A DNA stretch of 64,000 nucleotides from Raillietiella orientalis (lineage: Eukaryota), in contig JAYWIR010000013.1 of NCBI GenBank assembly GCA_036172245.1, positions 1,426,001 through 1,490,000 on the forward strand, read 5' to 3'. Shown piece by piece: positions 27,099-38,394 of the stretch; the first letter of the stretch is position 1; the number at the start of each line of letters is the position of its first letter. A program made the translations under genes and the position numbers. The notes under the pieces are model-generated. The model saw only the letters and a program-made list of their open reading frames with translations, made no database searches and had not been told where the DNA came from.

Positions 27099-28985
27099 TG
27101 TGGTTATTCTGAAAAGAAATTTTTAAAACAGCTCCAAGTTCGTCATTATTACAGGCCATAATTTTCGTTATCTGATTTTCATTCTAGAAATAGGTGGCAG
27201 GACGACTGAAGTCACTATCCAGGGAAGAACCACCATTTAATTGAATTTGCATTTATCACAAATTGTGATCCTTTTTATTGTTCCTATTATTGTTTTCCTG
27301 TTAGATTATTATAGTTTTTTATGGTCTCTGATTTCATTTTTTGATAAATTTCCCTACTTACACACTTGATTTCACAACCCAAATCTTGTTACTGTTCATG
27401 GGACTGCTGCTACAGAAGTTAAAAAAATGAAAATTCTTGATTGAGAGTCCTTAATACTTGGAATATATTGGTGTATTATGTGTATATAGTATTTCTAATT
27501 CGCTGGATTATTCCATATTATGATTCTATTTGTGTGTGTTTTAAAATTGCATTTGTATATTATGTCCAAAGCATTCTTTATCCAAGAAACATAGCACTAA
27601 TCAGCAACAAAGCAGCTTTTTGTTTTCTGTTTTTTTCTTATTATTTTTAATTTTGATCAGTAAAACAAGTTTCTTTTATATAATTAGGTTATTTACAAGT
27701 TTTTGATAAAATCCTGAGAAATATAGATCACCAGTTTTAACATTCAATTAGTAGTGTGCTTTACAACTTCCCATAGTGGTATCCACTTGTTCAAGCCAAA
27801 CTTCAATTTGTTGATTTATTGTCTTAAACAATGAGTCCTTGAGCTTAAAATATACAGTTTAGAAATATAAATTTCAAGGCATTGTGATCATTTTGTTACC
27901 AATTCAGAATTTCAAATGGTTTGCATTTGATATCTTATGAATGAATGTGCCCTACTATCTGTTGAGCAGTGTTTCTGTTTTTTACCATGTTAAGTATCAC
28001 AAAATTTATGGTCAGTAACCAATATAAGTTGCCCAGTAACTTTGTGATAAAAAGTCCTGGAAAAATAACAATGTGTGTCTATAAATACGCTTATGCAATA
28101 AATCAGTCATGTTCTCTAGCTCTGCCTTTTTGCACAAGGAAATCACCAGTCCTCAACATTCAGTATGTAATGAAAATTTGCAATTTGACAAAATGCAAAT
28201 GTTTGCTTTCATGTTGAAATTGTTTAGAATTCTAGGGTTTTTCAAGATGAAAAAATTATTTATATATTACATTTGTATGAAAGGTGATATGTAAGTTACT
28301 TTATGCCCAGATATAATAAAATACGATATTGCAAAGGATGCATTTTTTTTCTTTAGATTTACGATTTTGAGCATTAATTAATTAATACATCTTGTGATTA
28401 TATCACATTTTTCTTGAGTATAATCATAAAGACAATGTAGTACATGGTCATATAGTGAGCATGCTGTTTTTTTTCTTGAGAGAAGCTGCGCTACTGGTGT
28501 TTATTGTGCATGATTGTTGCAGGCTTTTTTCATGTATACTGAAGTGAAGAAAATTTTGATATTTCTTAAGTCATTCACTAATTGGTTGGTTAATGCTTAC
28601 AGGTAGATAAGCGTGGTTTTAAAATAAATCATAGTGCTGGGAGACATTCAAGAAAAATTACACCAGGAGCGTTCGTGATTTACTCTCATTGCACATAAGA
28701 GAAAAGAAAAAGTTCATTGCATTGTACATCTCTGTACATACAGTTAATTCACTTGTTTGAGATTCCAAGGTTTGGTTGAGCCCAGACGTGGACGGTTTGT
28801 TATGTCTCGAATTAAAGGGGAAGCTAACGGAAAAATTGTTGTTGGTGATCTTGTATGCATTTTTGTTTTAACAATTTGCTAATGTGTGTGTATTTACAGT
28901 TGTCCAAAGTAAAGAGTGCAAATAATTAGTTTGTGAATATCAATGCATTAGTTACACAGATGCAATCAGTTTAGTGTGCTCAGCC

Positions 28986-31900
28986 ATGCCGCCGAGACAA
29001 AGAAAGATCGCTATAATGGGATTCCGATCAGTAGGTAAGCAGAGTCCCTCCTGTTTTTGTTGTTTTTTGCAATTGCTTGCTACTGTGTTCACATTACTAA
29101 AATTGAAAGAAAGGAAAAAGCGAAAGAAGGAAATGCAAAAAATGTAGTAGAACCTGCTTTGCATTTCGAGCACCATTATAACGAGGATTGTCTAATTCAG
29201 GGAAATCCTCCCTCACGATTCAATTTGTGGAAGGGCAGTTCGTGGATTCGTACGACCCCACCATCGAAAACAGTAAGTGTCATCTGCTGCCCACGTCCTC
29301 CTTTGAAAAGAGCGAATGTGGTGGTTTGCCCGCTTCTAGCCTTCGTTTCCGCGGTCTCTCCAGGAAACTTCCGTCGGGTACGATGGAGTCGGAAACTCCT
29401 CAAGACTCGAAGCGTTCTCTTACTTCCGGGGTCGCGTTGAAATTCCTTTGTGAAATCATTGTTACATATCGCGGTTTTGGAACACATGCAACGCCTCCGC
29501 GCCTGCCTGGGCTCTTTCCGGGAGATCCGCACCCTATCCCACTGTCATGTACCCTCGTAAAGGAAATTTGCGACCATGTCGTTCGGAGAGGCATTCAAGG
29601 AGGCGCAAGCAGCACGGTTCGTCCACACACCAACACCAGCAGCTGCTCCGCAGCCCGCATGAATGCCGTTTTTGAACGAGGGTCGGCGCTCGCAACTGCA
29701 AAGCCGGACCAAGTGGAAGTGGGGTCGTGGGTCCAGTATCATTCATCCTGGAAACGGGAAATCCCTTCCCGGCGTAATGTAGAGGATCGCAGAAGTGTGC
29801 CTGTTGAACAGGAAGCAAGCCACAGGAGGGCAGAATGAAATTGAGGGGTAGTGTAGAGGCGAAGGGGCTTTTTGCACTGCGATTGCCGTGCTCCTGAGGA
29901 ACGTTCCTCCGCGCCGTGGGATGTGCCGCCAGCTCGCACCTACCTACGTTTGCTCACGTGTTCTATGGACGCGCAAGCCCCGTTGCAAGGTGTGTTCGAG
30001 CTTGTGTATCAAACGGGGGAATCCTCCTTCTCATAGATCCATCATAGATCAGTCGCTTAAAAGATGGCTGTTGCTCGATGCTCATGCCGTGCTTTGCGGG
30101 TTCGAACAGGCCTTTTTCCATCTCGGGCCAACATCGTCGTCACCTATTCCTGTAGCCTCGCACCCTCATCCTCACAGTGGGTGGTGCTAAGTTGGCATGA
30201 CAGGAAAATGGAAGAGAGTACGGGGGTCTGGGATAGGCGCCGCGTTTTCGTTTCTTCATGAAAGTTCGGATGCGTGCCAAAGGTAAAGCGGCAGCAGCTG
30301 CTCCACGGTCCTTCTCAAAGTTCCGCCGAGGTGGTGGAGCACAATGGCGGCGCAGGACTCCCATTTCCGTGTTGCTGCTATAGAGACAGCACGCCGAGCT
30401 GATCCCCGATGCGCTGCTGCACCCGGTCTTGGTCGCTTTCCCGTGTTCTTACGGATTCGGATTTAAAAAAAACCATCTCAGCCGCTTCGTTTCTGGTGCA
30501 GGGTGAAATGTCAATTATGCGTTTATACCCGTCGGATTCCCATTGAAACTCGGTGGGGCGACAGCAGGTGCTCCCGATGCTCTTCAAAGAACTCCCTCCC
30601 CCTACACCACAGTGACCACCACCTCAGCATCTCCTTCCAGGACCTCACCTCTTTCTACACCTTCTATTTTCGCTCCTGCACGTGTTTTTCCCTTGCCTTC
30701 TCATTGCTGCCTTCTACTACGTGTGCCAGCATCTATACAACTTGATATGTTCAGAATTCATAGTAGTAATGAGGCAAAACGAAAGTGGAAACAGAGGATC
30801 GTACGGGCGGCAGCCAATGCGATGGAAGTTTCTCAGCAAACGGTGTCTGACACAGTCCTACGCAGGTAGTGGCTTGAAAGGGTGCTGTGCTGGATGGAGC
30901 AACTGGAAATTTGGTTTCATGGGGCCTGTGGAATCAGCAACGACAGTCTACTGTTTTTTGACCCGAGGGATACCGTTCCTCTTAAGATACCTCTGTCCGA
31001 AGTTGTGTCCGAGGTTTTATTATTATTTCTATTATGCTTTTGCCTTCTCGATGCAAAGTGCACTCACAGGAGAACACTCGGAACGGATCCCATGTAACGA
31101 TTGTCGAACGATCACCCAGAAGGATTCCATGCGGGTGGTGGTTTCGAGCGCTTGCCTCTGCTTGCCGTCAGCAAGATCTTGAGGAAGGAGCTCCAGGGAC
31201 CCGTTACATGATAGATATGCATTGTGGCTGGATCACCGGGAGACCAGCGTAATTCCGCAGAAGGATGTCCCTGCGGATGCAGGGAAGCGAGCTTAGGAGC
31301 GCCTCAGCGGACAGCCCGAAGTTGAGTATCGAGTTGGGCAGAGAAGACTTGCAGAGTAGATTGGGCATCGGAGTAATCGGGGGGGAGTAATAAGACAGAA
31401 GTGGGTGCGCGCGGCTGCCTCACTAGCGTGGTGCAGCAAGCGAGCGACGCAATCCAGGATCCCTAGAAGTATGCACTTTGCGCTCTTTCGGCGGAAAAAA
31501 GGGGAGGAGGAACATGACTCTCTCCAAGAGTCATCGTCGAGGGGTGTGTGCGTGCTGCGTGGCTACCTCTCTATGTGCTGTACATGCATTATCTTCTGGA
31601 TAACAGCTTTCACCAAGAGTGTGAAGATCCGTGGTCAGGAGTACGACCTGAAGCTAGTGGATACGGCAGGCCAGGATGAATACGACATCTTCCCCTCTCA
31701 GTACTCGATGGACATTCACGGATACGTCCTGGTTTACTCGATTACGAACCAGAAGAGTTTTGAGGTCGTCCAGATCATCTACGACAAACTTCTGGACATG
31801 ACCGGCAAAGTCACGTAAGGGTAATGCGCCTCCTGCGCTCAGTCGACCACCCTTTCTCCTGCCCTTTCCTTCCCGTTTTTTTCGTTCTTTCCTTTTTTTC

Positions 31901-32265
31901 CCTCTCCCTCCCCCCTCCCCTTCCATTTTTCTTCTTCAGGGTGCCCATCACTCTGGTGGGAAACAAAACTGACCTCCACCTCGAGAGGGCTGTCCGGTAC
32001 GAGGAAGCCAAGAAGTTAGCTGATAGCTGGAAGGTCCCATTCGTGGAGGCGTCTGCGAAAGAGAGGGAGGTGAGAAGGGCTTGCTGCAGGCTGCCTGAGA
32101 GGGCGTCCGGGAAGGCAGAGGGGATGCAGAGCCGAGCAGCGTCGTGCCTGATGCTTTGCGTTACTGCTTCAGAGCGCTGCCAGAGTCTTCCACACCATCC
32201 TTCACGAAATCGAGCGAGTCGTGACGCCTATGCCGCAAGAAAAGGGGATGTGCCGGGTATCCTGA
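28986..32265 (+). CDS. RHEB: GTP-binding protein Rheb
   Basis: Exons 28986-29034, 29201-29272, 31607-31814, 31940-32069 and 32173-32265 total 552 nt (183 aa). G1 box GFRSVGKSS has the Rheb-diagnostic Arg; effector region [23 protein letters not shown] and C-terminal CAAX CRVS are present. Confidence 0.96.
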
Positions 32266-33310
32266 CGGGACGGCAGGGTTGCCAGCATGCACCCGGTCCT
32301 AACCGCCGCGGCAGCAGCAACAATAACAATGATGATGATGATAATAACAGCCTGGCACCACGGGAGTGTTTGTAGATCGATCTTCTTGTTAATGCCAAGG
32401 GACAATTGGAATCCTTGGGTGAGAGCGTTCGCAGGTTCCGTTTGCTGGGGACCGCCGCCAACTTCCCCATCTCCACCGGCCTCCCTACGAGTATGCCTTT
32501 CCTGGCCTATTTCCCGGATTCATTGCATCGCTACGCAATGCGACTTTTGCCTTACGGTCGTGGGCGTTGGGCAAGGAAGGCGCAGCTTTTCCCCACGGCA
32601 ATTTTTTTTTTCTTGGAAATGCTCTCTCCCCCTCAGAAGCGCACATGTGGGTCGCGGGAATTTCAGTAGCCCTCCTAGGGTGGAGTCGAACCGTGACTCA
32701 CTGCATTGTCTCGTGATGAAGGCGTCTCCCACAGGTGTCCCTGCGCGATTTTCCTTCCGCCTCCCCCTTCCACACGGCGTCGACAGGAGGAGAGGAATCC
32801 CGCTGGCGAGGAGCTTTCATCGTCCTGGAAACTGGGTTGGACTCGCGGCGCGCGGGCGGAGCACCTTCCGACACGGAGGAAGTCGCATCCCCGTAGGAAC
32901 AACGTGAGAATGGGAAGCCACGGTGCGACGCCTATCTCCGGGAAAGCCTTGGTCCCTGTCAGGAATTAGCTAGGGATGGGAAAGCGCGATCGCCTGCTAC
33001 AAAGATCCTGCTCAGAACGAATCCTTTTTTTGTTCGTGCTTCGAGGCGCGGGAACTCCACGCGCCACGCGGCGTCACTTCCATAGAGAATTGCTCTCCCC
33101 GGGAAGCACCAAAAGGAAGGGGTGGGAACTTTTACAGGAAATCTGCCCCACGTCCTCACCTACCTGACTTTCTTGCTCAGTGTTCACCCTCATCCTCTCG
33201 GCAACCGACAGCAAAGGCTGTGCGTAGCTGGGAAGGGTCGTAGACCACCTAAGAAATGATGTGAAGCGCTGAGTTTCCCTAAAGATCTTCCGATTTCATT
33301 GTTTTCGTTT

Positions 33311-33333
33311 TTTATTTAAGGATAAATAATAAA
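33311..33333. promoter_or_regulatory. Back-to-back candidate poly(A) signals; the plus-strand one is the likely Rheb 3' end
   Basis: TTTATT at 33311-33316 (AATAAA on minus) and AATAAA at 33328-33333 sit in an AT-rich pocket within GC-rich DNA, ~1.06 kb after the Rheb stop. Confidence 0.4.
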
Positions 33334-36300
33334 GAAGGAAAAGGAAGCAACGTGTCGAGGGGGGAGGGGAAAAGGGCACGCTTTTTTTCAGGCTACCTCA
33401 CGGCCGCGGCAGCGACGATCGATTCCATGAGAGGAAGGAGGGAGGGGGTAAGGAGGGCGCCGCGTTTCTGCCCTCTTGACTTCCGTTCGTGTCTTCAAGG
33501 AATGCGCACGCGCGTGTCTTCTCGGTGGCGGCTACAGCACTCGCAACAGTTGAGGGCACGGAAAGAGTGAACCCTGGGAAGAGTAGGATTTGCGCCAGTG
33601 TAGTGCAGAACGACGAAACGAAGGCGGGAACACGGGAGCTGTCCTATCCATGTTCCTCGCTGGAAGTAACTCGCGCACTTCCTCCTCCTCCTCCTCCTCC
33701 TAGCTGCTGTCCCCCCCTCAGCGCACGTCCCGAACTTCCCTAGTCGTCGTCGCAAGGCAAGGCGGTTGGGGCAGTGCGTCCGATCGGGGGGAGAGCTGGA
33801 GCACTGGACTCCACTTGGTGCTTTTCTATCGCTCTCCAGACGGTGGCGCCCAGGTGGTAGCGTCAGCCTCGCGCACGTCGCTTCATCCAGAGCGGCCACT
33901 GCGCCATGAGAGATTTCCAGAAGCTGGAGCGCCGTCGTGTCCGCTTTCCCTTGCTTTGTTGCCAGATGAGGAAGAGTACACCTGCAGCGGACCTTCAACG
34001 ACCCTTTCCTGCTACTGCGAAAAAAAGGGACGACGTACGAAAAGTCGGGAAGGGTTTTCCGTACTCCCGAAAATTCTTGCCCTCCAGCGAGGATTTTAGG
34101 GACTCGCGAGGCGTCGAGGAGCGACCGGGGAGACCACCAACTTCTAGCAGCCCTCAATCTACGGAACTCCCTGCTATACACCGGCCTCCGTTCATGGTGC
34201 GCTTAACCTCCAGGGAGTCCATCACGAGCAGAAATACGATGTGGGTGGCGCCTTGTCTTTTTTCCACGGGAACATCCGCCGCTGCCGGATTGGAGTGGTT
34301 CACCGCTGGCTGGAGACGCATAGATGGCGCCACAGCTTCGAACTGCAGGGAATCTCATCTGCAGGAAGGAGGAACAGAGAGGGAACCAGTAGAACTAGAG
34401 CAGTAGAACTGCGCGACTGCTGCGATGTGGGTTCCTTTCCGATATGAAGCGCCGACTGCCAGCATAGACTACACTGAGCATTGCAGAATCGGTATCCGAC
34501 CTCTGTTCCCTCTAAGGGAGCTGCGCCTGCGCGCCCTGAGACGTGGAGCCCTCCCTCCTGGAAAGAGAGCGCCACCCCATTCTCAACAGGCATCAAAGTG
34601 TCTCAAGCTGTACGCGCCTGCGATCCACGGCGGCATCATCCTCTCCAAGCACTCCGCTTGCAGCCGCCCACGCACTCACCTCTTCCGCAGCACCTCTGAT
34701 CCTCTCTCTCACTCCCATCTCCTGCACACTGCTCCCGCTGTACAGGAAACGGTGCCAACGGTTTGGCACAGGGCAGCCAGCCTCCAAATGCAAATGCCAC
34801 CACTGATTCCCTGGATCGTTGTCATCGTCAACTTCCTTCTCTGCTGACGCGCACGTGTGCACCTCACAGCGTGAACTGCTTGCTCCCGTCTCTCTCTTGT
34901 CTGCCAGGCTCTTCTGCGTTGCAGGAAAAGGTAGAAGAATCGGGATAGGGTTGCCTCCACTGCTAGGTCTGCTCTTCCAGGATGGACCATCTTCAGCAGC
35001 AGCCTGTGCAAGTACCAGTAAGCTAGCCGACTCGATGATGATTTGAAGGGCGTCTCGTCGGGCAACGTCGGTCGCTGACTGCCCTCCCCGGGCCACTTGC
35101 TCGTAGTCGAGCTCCACTGCCCCTTGCGGGACGCGTGTTTCACAGCGCGGGGTGGAGCGGCCGTCCAAGCTACGGGGTTCCTGTCTACTGCCCGTGGCCT
35201 CCGCTCCGCAACGCCTCGGGAACTGACGACATGCTTCGCAGCGGGAGCGCGCTCACCAGACGGTGCTTCTCAACGCGGTCGGCTGTTCCTCAGCGGAAGT
35301 GCAGCGCGCCCGTCCATGAGTTGAACTCAAGCTGTTGCCAAACGCCCGATTACCTGTCTACGGATACGGGCAGCAAGAGGCCGGCAGACCAAGCTATTTG
35401 GGCGGGTCAGCCAAATGGAGAGACGGGAAGATAACGGGCACACGGATGTGAGCCGGTAGATGACGTAGGTGAAGGATGTGTACAGGCACCAGGTGTGTAC
35501 CCAGACCCACAAAGTGCCATAAGAATGCACAGGCACAGAGAGAGCAATGGAAACATGCCGAATCCTACGTGGAGACGGGGTGAAGATAAAGAGACAGGAA
35601 GAACAGGGAGATGCAGATGGATAGGCAAGTGGATGTGTAGATTTCTTTCTATGCAGTTGCGTAGACGTACGTATCGAGTGGACAGGTCGAGAGGCTGGGA
35701 GATGCAGAAAGACGTACAGAGATATGTTCGCGAATGTACAGGAGCTGCAGAAAAAGAACGAAAAGTGAAGCACGGAAACCGATTTCGTGTACGAACGTCC
35801 AAGGCGTCGTCGTTTCTTCTCCGCGCCATTGAGCAACGCAGAAAACAGGCGGCGCGACGGGCGGAAGCCGCCGCAGCGCGCAGGGCGGTATTTCCGTCCC
35901 GCGAAGCGGCGGCGTGCGCCCTCTCGCCCGGACGTGCTTCAGGTGGCACCGCTGCCTGCAATCCGCCGGCTACGCGCCCGCGCACTCCCCCGCGCGGGGC
36001 GAGCCCACACGCAGGACACGTGATTCCGAAGTTGGGCCCGAAGACGGGGGGCCCCGGCCCCTGACGTTCGAGGCGCGGATCCGGCGCGCGCCAGACGCGC
36101 TCCACTAACCGCCTCTTAACCTGCCAGGGGGGCGGGAGTGGGGGGGGGGACCCTCACGCTCCTTACAGACGTACAGCGGGTGTCGGCAGCCGTCCTCCTG
36201 CCCGCTTCGCCCACGCAGCCTGGAGTGACGAAGGCTTTCATGCGCGCGAAGCGAACCGAAGCCGATCCGCCGTTGCTCGCATCGCCGATTTCTCGGCGCC

Positions 36301-38394
36301 ACCCTCTAGATATCCAGAAGGACGAGCAAGAACGAAAGCGCACTTCCTGGTACCTGGTCGAATCGCGGGCCGGGCCTTCCTACACACGCATGGCTGGGTA
36401 CAGGACGGGCGCCTTCCTATCCCGTGCCGCAGAGTGACGTCAACGAACGGAAAGATCGCGTGGAAACGTCTGCGAATCCATGGCCGGCGCCTAGACGAAG
36501 CATGCCGACGCTGAGCACGCTCGCCGGGGACGGACGGACGACCCAGGACCGCGCGACTGCTGCTAGAGCGAGCGCTCAAGAGCAAGCCCTCCCCCCTCCC
36601 CCCTTGTTATCCCGTTGGCACGAGGACCGAAGGGTGAGAGTGCGGCGCAGGCGGTTGCGGGGGAAACGAAGGGCTCTCTTTCCGCGTCCCCCCCTCCTGC
36701 TCCTCCTCCGCGATCGCCTTCGCGAAAGCAACGGGAAAAATGGCGGATCGGCTCCACGAGATCCTGCAGCACTGATCCGCCTGGGGGGCAGCCGCACGCT
36801 GGAGTGAACACTCCCCCTTTCCAAAACGCGGTCGCAGGCGTAACCCTACGAAGCCGTAGTGAGGAGCAGAAGTCTCCCCCCCTCCTCGTAACTTTGTCTG
36901 GAGCGCGACGTCTTCAGAGATCGACCCGCGCCCACGGGATCCAGCCCTGAAGATGATGCCCCCGGTACTCTCAACTGTCCGGCCTTGTTGCAGAGCCATT
37001 CGACAGGCGGAAGAGTGACCACCGCCGTGCGAATTTATCCGCCTCCCTCTTCGGCTACTTCCGGGACAGCCATCTCGGAAAGCGAGGGCAGGAAGGAAGG
37101 AAGCAAGGAAAGCGCGCGCGAGCGAGCGCAATACGGCGGCAGTCGCGCATCTTTTCCAGCGAAGCGCGCAGAGAACGCAGCTGCAGCAGCGCCTTCGGCG
37201 GATTCCCGCCTCCTGCAGTCCAATGAACGCCGTCGAGGGATGCGAGCGCGGGCTTGCGCGTGGGGGGAATGCACGCGAGCCTGCCGGCGGTGCCCGCCTC
37301 CCTCCTCCCTACGCGGGCCGTGACCACTTCCGCGTCCGCGCGCGACGCCCACGCCATCACCGCGGGAACGCCGCTCCCCAGAGGCTCACGATTGCCATCC
37401 GACCAGAAAAAAAAAAAAAAAGGCGGAGGAAAAGCAAACAAATTGGAAGAGCAGCTCCTTCCGCTGCTGTGTTGCCAGTTCTGGACCGAGGGTCACCTCG
37501 GGGAAAAAGCGGCGGCGATTTCGCAATGCGCCTTCTCACCCACAGCAACGGACACTCCAGCGCGTTAAGTGCATCTGCCTGTGTTTTTTTTTTTTTTTTT
37601 TTTTTTACTTTTTCTTTCCTTTCCCTTCCCACGACCGCGTTCCTTCTTGCTACCATCCCCTCCTCCACCTCCATTGGTAACGGACACGATGCAGCACAGA
37701 AGTCTTCGTCCCGCTGGCCTCGGCGACCAGCCCACCGAACGGCAGCGGGTGACCTCGACCCACCACGCTTCGAAATGGCCGCGCACCTCCAGCTCTGCCT
37801 TCTTCTGGAGCTGCCCCAAGGTTAAGAGCCAGCCGTGCCAGAAGAGGGCGGCAAAATGATGATGGACACGGGAGTTGGGTTGGGTGTGGGAAGGAAGGAC
37901 TCCCCCCTTCCACCTGCACGCATCCGGAGAGTGGTGCCACTCGGTGCTTCGACCGCTTTTCTCAAGGTCCACTGGGACGCAGGTCGGCGACGAAGAGCGT
38001 GTGGTGAGGGCGAGCTCGCGCAAGCGCACGGCAGCTCGCCAGGTGAGAGCTTCCCCTCCCCTCCCGGTAAGCCCGGAGAGCGAGCCCGACAGCGCCACGA
38101 GGCGGTGCCACTTGACGACCCTGACGACGGGCGATGTCATGCCAGCGTGTTCCTCCACCTCCCTGGGAAAACGAGGTGCCCAGGGGCCAAGGTCGTTCGG
38201 TTCCGTTTTCGTTTTATTTTCCTTGGGCTGCTGCTGCTGCTCGTTTGTGGATTTCCTTTTTTTTTTTTTTTTTTTTTTGCTTTCTTAAAAAATAGATGGA
38301 AGGAGGACTTCTGTGCGAGGAGGCCGTGTGGGCACAACCCACACGTAGGTTGGGGTTTAAATAGGCATAGTCACGAGAAAGGACACAAAAAAAA

